Below are positions 8,471 through 16,729 of a DNA stretch of 17,743 bases, in pieces. The DNA is from Fonticula alba ATCC 38817. Lineage: Eukaryota; Protista; Nucleariida. The stretch lies in NCBI GenBank assembly GCA_000388065.2, contig KB932205.1, one strand, 5' to 3'. A program made the position numbers and the translations under genes. The notes beneath the pieces are model-generated. The model did not search any database. It saw only the letters and a program-made list of their open reading frames with translations, and had not been told where the DNA came from. How positions within the stretch are numbered: position 1 is the stretch's first letter; each line of letters opens with the position of its first letter.

Positions 8471-10693
8471 GATGTAGACATCCACAGTTCGCACATGTAA
8501 GTGGCCAGGTCATGAATGCGGTGGGAGGGAGAAGGAAAAAAAAAGAAGAAAGAGCAACCCCATCGCCACGTACCATGCGGCGGGGAGTCCCGACAAGCCG
8601 GGAAGGCGGTTGTCCCATACAGCGGCGACAGCCGTGCGAGGCGCAGGAACAGCCGCCACAAGACATACGGATCGAGGATCAAATCGAGGGCCACGCGCGC
8701 ATGCTGGCGAAGCTGGTCCCGCCAGCAGGCCCCATGCGCGCCGGGGCCGATGCCAGCACCGCTCCGGCGCACCATGGTCGATCGACGCCGGCCAAGGCGA
8801 TTGTTGCCGGCCTGCGCCGCGGCCCCGGCGGGGTCCGACGAGTCGGCCGGGTCCGGCGACAGGGTCGCCTGGCTGCCGGCCCCGCGGCCAATGCCGAAGG
8901 AGCTGAGACGCGCCGAGGAGGGGCTTCGCTCGAGGTCCACCGCGGGCCGGCCATCTGCCCAACGTTCCAGGGCCCGATGCCACATCGGCGCCGGGAGCCA
9001 CCGCTGCCAGGGGTGCGGGTCGTCGGGGGCAGGAGCGCCGCCGGGCCCGGGGTCCAGGGACTCCGGCGCCGCCGCGCCCTCCACCACATCCAACCGCCAG
9101 AGAACGGCCGCCGCGCGCAGGGCCAGCATGTCGACCGCGCGCATGGCCAAAGCCCCAGCGGCGCCGGTGCCGGGTCGGCCCCCGGCCGAGGCCAGGTCCG
9201 CCCCCATGCCCAAGCGCCCGGAGAGGAAGCTCACCCGGGCCTCGGCAAAGAGAAGCCGCGCCCAGGCCAAGTGGGTCTGGAAAGCCGCGGCTTCCAATTC
9301 CGGCGACAAGAGCGACCGCCGACGGAAGACAAAGCGCCAGCGCGGGCGAATCAACGGGGCAGGCCGGTCGGAGGGGTCCGACCCACCGGGCCCCCCCTCG
9401 GTCGCCGATCGGGACTGCTTGCCGGTCAGCAGCGGCGACAAGAGCCGGTGGCTGCCTGGCGACAGGAGGTGTAGCTGCTGGTCGGCCGGCAGGTGGGCCG
9501 GCTGGTCGGCCAGGTCGCCGGGCCCCTCGCGGCCGGCCCGGCGAAGCGTTTGTGTGAAGGCCGTCAGAGCGGCCGACGCCGAGCCCATGATGCTCCCGCC
9601 GGTGCCCGGGCTGTTGGCATGCTCATCGGCACCACCGGACAGGGTCCCCACGCCGCCGGCATCCGGGGTCAGGTAGCCACCGGTGCCGGGGTCGACCAGG
9701 TCACCGGTGACCGGCCGGTGGGTGTACTTCTCCAACAATCGCGGCAGCCGGTCCAGCAGGTCCACCACACTGTCATCCGGCCGATATTGGAGCTCCAGCT
9801 CGTCGGACACAATCCACAGGGAAAAGACATCCAGCAGGTTGGGCTCCACTTTGGATGGGCCGAATCCTGGCGCATGTCCGGGACAGGCGAGCTTCTCCAA
9901 TTCGGAAATGCGTGCGCACACCTCGGCCGCCGACAGATCCCGCTGGTCGGCCAGCGCCCCGAAGTCCATGATATGCTCGACATTGGTCATGGTGAAGACA
10001 TGGATGCGCAGATCTGCGATCAGCATGGGCAGGCAAGAGGGGCGAGGGGCGGGAATGGGTTAGGGCAGGCGAATGATGGCCGGCAAGTTTGGCGGCGGAC
10101 AGAGGAGAGCGGGCGCGAGAAGGGGCACCACATGCGCACTTGACGTTCGGGGATCAAAATGGAACCACAGGTGCCGCGCGGTGTCGAAGGTGGCCCCGGG
10201 CGAGGAGACTACCCGTCCGGGGGCCGACCCGTCGCCGGATTTCAATGGCGCCGTCTCGGCCTCCTGGCCATTGGCCAGCGCGCCCGGGGCCGAGGGAGAA
10301 GAGGGCCCGGTGGATTGGCCACCACTGCGGATCGATGGCTCGCGGGAGGGCGGAGCGCTGGCCGCCGTGGGCGGCGGGAAGTTGACCCGAGCCGAGTTGA
10401 TCCAGGCCCGTTCGAGTTCGCGCTCGCGCCGGTTGGCATTCGCCGAAATGGGATCCACCGTGACGCTCGGCGAGGGAGGCGTAGGCCCGCTGGCGCCCTG
10501 ACCGGTCATCAGAGGCGAGCAGGGGGATGGGGAGAAGAGGGATCCAAGGCCGCGGGGCCAGGGGGCAAGAGGGGCACACCAGCGGGGCGGAGGCAAACAC
10601 ACAGGGGGGTGAGGAAGGGGAGGGGGAGGGAGTGGGACCCGGAGGGGCCGACGAGAAGGCAGGGAGGGGGGGCGTTGGCCGGCGATCTGTCAT
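7106..10693 (-). CDS. FRMD8: FERM-domain protein of the FRMD8 (iTAP)/KRIT1 family, about 992 aa, with large low-complexity insertions
   Basis: Model join(10693..10580,10497..10140,10013..8574,8358..8279,8092..7106) = 2979 nt. All introns are GT-AG with consistent phase; stop is TAG at 7108-7106. Motif order matches human FRMD8 as remembered: LRIHVF..LSAAEV; DVFSLWIVSDELELQ (human DVFALWLVSPLLEVQ); RFVFRRRSLL; ARLLFAEARVSFLSGR (LRLLYEEAKGNVLAAR); WRLFLRLARLSPLYGTTAF (YRAYLLKCHELPFYGCAFF); LALCVGPYGASVLD; RLLATFPYGELHW (VLLGLRFQELSW); ITPQSRVAARLISYAI (IYSKQAELMSSLIEYCI). No ankyrin repeats, so FRMD8-like rather than KRIT1. The 5' end is less certain: an alternative start at ATG 10509 gives 958 aa. 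Confidence 0.8.
8385..8468. repeat. (CA)42 microsatellite, read as (TG)42 in the FERM-gene intron 8573-8359
   Basis: 84 nt of pure CA. Confidence 0.98.
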
Positions 10694-11369
10694 CGCCCCT
10701 GTGGGGTCGCGCCGACAAAAGGCTCCCCTCAGGGTCTTGGCCCCTTCCCCGACACCCCCCGAGGACGCCTGCGCCGGCAGGAGGAGCAAGCAGCGGGCTG
10801 CCCGGGCCGGGGGCCCGGACATTAGCTCAATGCCCTGGCTAGAGGGGGCAGGCCGATGCCGAGGGAGGGCCCTGGGGCGGGGCGGGCTCGGGCGGGACCG
10901 AGCAGCTTGGCCGGGTGCGGCACACGGGGAAACGGTCCCCGGGCGGTGTTTCACCCGGCCCATGGGCCGGCCCCTCGCTCCCCCGGCGTCCCGGGTCCAT
11001 GGGAATCGGAGCTCCCCAGGGGCGGGGGATCGCAGATCGCCACGGACCTCTCCCCCACCCGGGCGGGATGTGCGACCGGGTCCGGCAATCTCCCCCGTTG
11101 CCCCTTCTCGTGGGGGGAGGGGCGGGGGGTGGGGGGTGCGCCGGGCGGCGGCTTTTCCGCCTGGCCGGGCTCGGCCACGTCGCAGCCAGGGGCCGGATTG
11201 TGTGGCCGAACCCCGGCCCCCCCCCCCCCCACCCCCTGGTGGCGCAGGACACACATGGGCTCGCGCGCACGCGCGCGTGCACTCGTCGCCGACTATGGGC
11301 GCCGGCCCCTCTGTCCTGACGAAAAGCAGACCGAGGTTCACTGATCCCCGGGGGCCTGCGGGGGCCGGT

Positions 11370-11375
11370 TATATA
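11370..11375. promoter_or_regulatory. Palindromic TATATA in the divergent FRMD8-like/INTS9 intergenic region
   Basis: The only TATA-like word I found in the ~1.6-kb GC-rich divergent region; function is inferred. Confidence 0.35.
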
Positions 11376-11390
11376 TGATGGTGTGGCACT

Positions 11391-11411
11391 CCCCCCCCCC
11401 CCCCCCCCCCC
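11391..11411. repeat. C21 homopolymer
   Basis: Read directly. Confidence 0.95.
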
Positions 11412-12319
11412 TACGTACAGCGTTCGCGGTCGCGCGGGGCTGGATTGGGGAGCGAAGTCCCGCCGGCCGAGCCTGGGCTCAGCGCCAGCCGCTACGGCGC
11501 CTGTTGGCGGAAGTGCCCAGCACCCCAGTCCCCCGCCTGGCTCCCAGGTCGGGAAGGAGGTCCCGGTACCTCGCCTCGAGGGTGGCGGGCTGGAGAACAC
11601 TTCAGTCATTGTGGCATTCTCGAGCGTGCTAACTCCCGGGCGTCCCTCTCCCCAGGCGAGGCTCGCCTACCGGTGTCCGTCACTGCAGCCACAGAATACC
11701 CCTCCCCCCCCCCCCCCCCGCCCCCGTTCCGGCCGTGGGCCTTCTTGGCGTGCTCTTTGTTTGCGTGTCCAGCGCCCATCATTGCGAGAGACAGAGAGAG
11801 AAGCCACCGCCCGCCCGCGGCCCCCGCCGCGCCCGCACGAGCGCCAGGGGGTAATCTGCTGTCATTCTGGAGGAAGCCCCGGAGCTGGAAACACGTTCTG
11901 TGCAGGGGCCCAAATGCCATCCCTTGCTTTGGATGGCGAGGTGCCGATGAACGCGTCGCCGAGGGCCCCATCAATGGGCCACAGCCAGGTGCGAGGCGAG
12001 GACACCGTGCCCCCTTTCCCACTGCTAGCTGACTGCCCAACATGGGTGTGTGTCTGTGCGCAAGCAGGCGCGTGTACGGCAGAGAAAGCTCATGGGGACG
12101 GCAGGTGAGGAGCGCACTTGGCTGTGGCCTGCTCACCACTCTCCCGTCTCTCTCCCCCCCGTTTGATTTCTGTTCTTTGCCTGCCACCCTTTCCGCTGCC
12201 CGTGTCCCCTCCCTCGTTCCCCCCTCCCTCCTGCCTCCGAGCACACCTTGTGCTGTTGGGCCGCCCTTGTCCTTGCCACTCCCCCCCCCCCCCCCCGGCC
12301 TCTCCGTCTGACACGCAGC

Positions 12320-15300
12320 ATGCCGGACAGCGTTGACGTCGTACGGGCCTCATCTCGCTTCTCGGATGGCTGCGCCCTTTCCCGGATTCTAACCCCACTC
12401 GCCGAACCTCACGCACCAGACTTGCCTCGATGACGGCCCGCATGGAGCCACCTTCCTTGTCCGGTGCAAGGAGGCCCGGATCCTGATCGGCTGCCCGCTG
12501 GATACGACCAGCCTGCTGCGGTTCATGCCGCGCAGCGGGCGCTCAGACACACTTGTGCCCCATGGCGGGGCGGTGTGCTTCCGGTCGCCGGTCACCGGGG
12601 CCGCCTTCATCGACACGACCCCCGGCTCGCCGCTGCTGCCAGTCCCGCGGGTGCCGGGCGGCGCGGTCGGCGTCGATGTGGTCCTGGTGCCCCATGCCCT
12701 GGCGCTGCTCGGCGTGGCCTACCTCTTCGAGGCGGAGCCTGGCTCTGGAGCATCCGAGGCCCCTGGCGCCGGCTTCACCGGGGCGGTCTACACCACCGAG
12801 CCGGCCCTGGAACTGGCGCGCCTGCTGATGGAGGAAATGTCCGCCGGCATGGCCGGAGCCCCGCATGGCGGTGATGACGGCGGTGCCGGGCTCTCCATCT
12901 CCGTGGACCGCTTGATCGAGTGTGTCTCCGCCTCGCGGCTGCCTTCCCTGCTCCTGCCCCTGCCCTGTCGCTGCCCTGCCCCTCGCGCCCCTCGCCGCGC
13001 CCCCGCTCGTGTAGCATGCCCATGCTGACTTCCGTCGCCCCCCCCCCCCTCCCCGCCTCCCGCTGCGCAGACTCCTCCCCGAGGGTGCCTCGCGGGAGTA
13101 CTTCCACAATGCCCGGCGAGATGGCTTGTCCGCCTGGCGGCCGGTCTTCTCGCCGGATGCCGTCCGCCGGTGCCTGGACAGCGTGGTCACCGTGACCTAC
13201 TTGCAGGAGCTGGTGCGTCTGCCGGGGGAACTTCACCCTGTGACCTGCTTCGGCCGACACGCCAGCAGCCGACCCTGCTTCCGCCGTATCTGACCGACGT
13301 TTTTTTTTGTCCTTTGTCCAGGATCTGTCGGGTGGTCTGACGGCCATCCCCACCCCCTCGGGACTGGCCATCGGCGCATGTAACTGGCTTGTGCGTCTGC
13401 CCTCCCTGCGAACGCTTGGCGTGGTGTGCAGCGCCGCCGACGGGGCCAGCCACCCGACGCCGTTGGACTTGAACTCCCTGGCCGCGGCGGACGCCCTGGT
13501 GGTCAGTGGCTGCCAGAACCCCGGGGTCTTGGAGCGGGGCCCCTTCGCCGACCGGGTCGGCCCGTCGGACTGGGCCTTGCGCGAGATCTGCCGATTGACA
13601 AGTACGCCTGGCTGGCACATGGCCCCGCATGCGAGCATCTCGGCCGGTGTCCGTGCGCCACCCTGGCCCGGTGACTAACCGTGTTTCCTGCCCCGGCCCT
13701 CCGGCCGGCCTTCTGGCGCTTGGCCATGTGCCCATTGGGCCTGGGCGCGCAGCCGAAACCGTGTCTCGTCGCGGGTCGGTCATCATCCCGATGCTGCCGT
13801 CTGGCCTGCAGCTGGACCTACTTGGGCAGCTGGCCCAGCATTTGACCAACACCGTGGCCGGGCCGGCGGTCCCCATCTATGTGGTGAGCCCGGTGGCCGG
13901 CCGGGCCCTGGCACAGGCCGACGTGGCCAGCGAGTGGCTGCGTCCGGAGCTACAAGAGCGGGCCCGACTCCCGGCCCCGCCCTTTGACCATGCTGATTTG
14001 GCGGAAAAGGGGCGCCTGATCCAGGTAAGCCGCCTGAGTGACTTGGCCCCCAACTCCCTGGATGCCCTGGCCCGTGGGGAGCCGGCGGTCGTGGTGCTCG
14101 GGCATCCGGCGCTGCGCTTCGGCGATGCGGTGCATCTGGTCCGGGCCCTGCTCGGGGGGCATGGGGCCCTGGGGGCGGCTCCTGGCCCGGGGGCCGGGCT
14201 GGGGGTCGGCGAAAGCCGCCTGCTTCTGGTGGATCCGCTCTTCGTGGCCGAGGCTCCGCTCCTTTTGGAGCCCTTCTTCATGCTGGACCCACATGGGCCG
14301 CCGGCCTTGTCGGCCGGCTTCGCCCTGCCTTCCGGTGAGGCTGGATCGTCCGACCGCCCGTCGGGCCTGCATCTCCGGCGTCCAGGCACCCGCGTGGAGG
14401 TGGCCGCCGCCGATGACCGGCTGACCTTCCCCCTGCTTGTGGAGCGCCTGCTGGCGTCGCGCCAGTCCGGGGCCTTCCGGTCGGCGGACGCCGTGCGTAC
14501 CTTCCTCAGTGCGCTGCCGGATCTGCCGCCCGCTCGTCGGGGGTATCTGGTGCCGGAGGCGCCGCAGCTCTTCGTCACTCCCAGTTCCATGGGTGCGTCT
14601 GCTTGATGGCCGCTTGTCCCCCTCGGGCCCGGATTGGGGCCATTCCCTTGTCGATTTCCTGCCCTCCTCACCGACCCATGTGCCTCCGACAGACTCCACC
14701 ACGACCATGGGCAGCGCCCCTGCCAGCCGGGCCCCGGTCGGCAGCCTCGGCCGGGGGCAAACACTGACCATCGACCTGGCCCAGGGGAGTCGCTTTCCGC
14801 AGGGCGACGATTTGGGCGTCATTTCGGTCAGCCTGCTGAATGACTCGCCGGGTGGGCCTGTGGCATCGGGCCCTGGCGGCCCGGTCAGCGCCGGGTACTT
14901 TCGCCTGCCGGTGAGCGATGCGTCCATCCTGGGCCGGCAGTCCTTTGCTCTGGAGGGGCGGGCCGCTGCCGGTGGGGACTTTCCCGACTCACCGGCCGAG
15001 GTGGTCGTCCTGCCGCTGTCCGCCAGGCTGCTGGCCACCGACAGCCGGCTGGAGATCAAGCCCGTGCTGGCAGCCGCCCCGGCGGGGGCGGCGGCACCCG
15101 AGCTCATGCGCCGGCGTCCTAACCAGCGTCAGCCGCGTCATGCTTCTCGGCTGCCACCGCCCTTGCTGCCGTCACACCCCTCGGCGGGTCTGCCGGCGGC
15201 CGAATCCATTCGCAAACGCTTCATGTTCGGCGCTGGATGTGCTCGAAGTGTTGAGCAGCACGCCTCGGAGGTGTGTGATACCGGGTCGCATTTGGTGTTT

Positions 15301-16026
15301 GCCCCTTGCGTCTTCCCTTCTCCTTGCTTCTCTCTCTCTCTCTCTCTCTTTTCTCTCCCTATCAATCCTGCCGCTGTCCCCATGCTAATGCTCTTTGCCG
15401 AATGGGTGCAGGCCGGCCTGAGCGTGAGCATCACACGACGGCCGGCGGACGATGCGACAGACGCTTCGGGCATTTCGCTGGCCATCCATCGGCCTGCATC
15501 ACCTCCGGCCACGGTGGCAACCGATGCTGAGGCCCATGTCAGCGCCGCCGAGGCTGGTGGCGAGGTCCCGCATTTTGTCGATGGGGCCGGCGGTTCCGGG
15601 GACCCAAGCCCCGCTGTTGACGCCACAGATGCCGAGGGGACCGATGTCGCGGCGGTCGACGCTACTGGGGCTGACGGCACCCCTGTTCCCGAGGAGGACC
15701 CCGTTGCCACCACCACCACCACCACCACCACCGGCGATGATGCCAGCATGGCTGTGGAGACTCCGGCAGTTGCCACACCCAGCCGGAAGCGCCTCCGCGA
15801 GGTGGCCTCCCCCACGGCCGAGGCCCCGGGGCGCCTGCTCGCCGAGGTCACCGTCTCCAAGGGCCGCACTCATGTGGACCTGGGGACGATGGATTTGTCG
15901 GATTTCCACCGGGTGTCGAGCGCCGGGATCGGGAGTCCCGCCGCCGGAGCACTGCCGCCCCGGGGACAGGACCTGGCCGCTCTGCGCATGGCTGTCCTCT
16001 CGTACTTGGAGCACCGGCAAATGTGA
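12320..16026 (+). CDS. INTS9: Integrator complex subunit 9 (MBL/beta-CASP pseudo-nuclease), 991 aa
   Basis: Model join(12320..12340,12420..12919,13071..13212,13322..13601,13753..14592,14693..15270,15412..16026) = 2976 nt, stop TGA. Collinear INTS9 hallmarks: TCL..ILIGCPLD..LLRFMP; VDVVLV..GFTGAVYTTEPALELARLLMEE; SGLAIGACNW; SHPTPLD; GSVIIPMLPSG; VPIYVVSPVA..SEWL..PPFDH; GHPALRFGD; DDRLTF; C-terminal THVDL..LRMAVLSYL. There is no HxHxDH metal-binding motif, consistent with the inactive subunit. Most introns show a branch-like CTRAY/CTCAC. Confidence 0.9.
15709..15732 (+). repeat. Coding (ACC)8 repeat giving poly-Thr8 in INTS9
   Basis: In frame: VATTTTTTTTGDD. Confidence 0.95.
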
Positions 16027-16053
16027 GTGCCCCCCTCCCCCCCCTCCATCCCC

Positions 16054-16065
16054 TGGCGGGAAAAA
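16054..16065 (-). promoter_or_regulatory. E2F-like site TTTTTCCCGCCA upstream of PPIH
   Basis: Matches the E2F consensus TTTSSCGC; the same 12-mer occurs at 1115-1126 on the plus strand. Confidence 0.35.
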
Positions 16066-16072
16066 GAATGAC

Positions 16073-16078
16073 AATAAA
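16073..16078 (+). terminator. AATAAA polyadenylation signal for INTS9
   Basis: Canonical hexamer 46 nt after the TGA, in a locally A/T-rich patch. Confidence 0.6.
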
Positions 16079-16213
16079 CACAAAGAATTAGACCACCCAT
16101 CTATTATTTCCCCCCATCCCTGATCTGGCCCGGGATCGCCCTAGACTGGTCGGTCCCGGTGATGCATGCGTTGGCATCCGGGCGATCGGCTTGCGTCGGT
16201 AGCCGATTTTTCC

Positions 16214-16235
16214 GGGGGGGGGGGGGGGGGGGGGG
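16214..16235. repeat. G22 homopolymer between INTS9 and PPIH
   Basis: Read directly. Confidence 0.95.
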
Positions 16236-16443
16236 AAAGGCTGGAGGGGGCGATTGGAGGTCGGCGTTATCGTGGTGCGAGGGCTCTCCTCCGCGCCGGT
16301 CTTCTTCAAAGAGCTGGCATGGCCCGGCTGGCCGCCAGGCCCGTTGGCCACGCCCCCTCCCGCCTCCCTCCCCTCCTCCTTTTCCCCTCCTCCCTTTGGG
16401 CCATTTCCTCGCACTTCCCTGCCCGCCTCCGCTCTCGCTTGCA

Positions 16444-16698
16444 ATGTCAGCCACTACCGCCGCTCCCGGGCTCAAGGAGGCCCCGCAGGAGCCGAACCCA
16501 ATTGTCTTCATGGATATCTCCATCGGTGGCCAGCACATTGGTCGCATGAAGATGGAGCTTTTTGCCGACGTGGTCCCGAAGACCGCGGAGAACTTCCGGT
16601 ACGTGCGAGTAGATTGGTGGCTTTCCCCCCGGCCATCCCCCCGCCCTCCACACACACACACAAACACACAAACACACACACACACACAAACACACAAA

Positions 16699-16729
<31 letters not shown>

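Noticed and set aside
8104-9676. Long plus-strand ORFs (456 and 386 aa) antisense to the FERM gene, and similar minus-strand ORFs over INTS9 (e.g. 13950-15107)
   Set aside because: Shadow ORFs expected opposite high-GC3 coding sequence; no independent homology.
7585-10026. 813-aa single-exon ORF on the minus strand
   Set aside because: Only 10013-8574 is true FERM coding. Its Met lies in an intron, and beyond 8574 it reads intron, (CV)n repeat and off-frame exon sequence.
14022-14030. CAG|GTAAGC as an extra INTS9 intron
   Set aside because: The protein is collinear with human INTS9 through this segment up to GHPALRFG, and no branch plus CAG acceptor is suitably placed.
12420-14592. Identity as CPSF73, INTS11 or CPSF100
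   Set aside because: No HxHxDH catalytic motif, and INTS9-specific words (LLMEE, EWL..PPF, GHPxLRFG) are present.
14437-16026. 529-aa ORF as a separate gene
   Set aside because: It is exons 6-7 of INTS9, joined by a phase-consistent intron at 14593-14692, and it ends with the INTS9 C-terminal motif.
16352-16450. Pyrimidine tract plus ATGTCAG as an acceptor implying an upstream PPIH exon
   Set aside because: The one consensus-like donor found upstream (GTGCGA 16275) is out of phase, and ATG 16444 already gives a normal-length PPIH.
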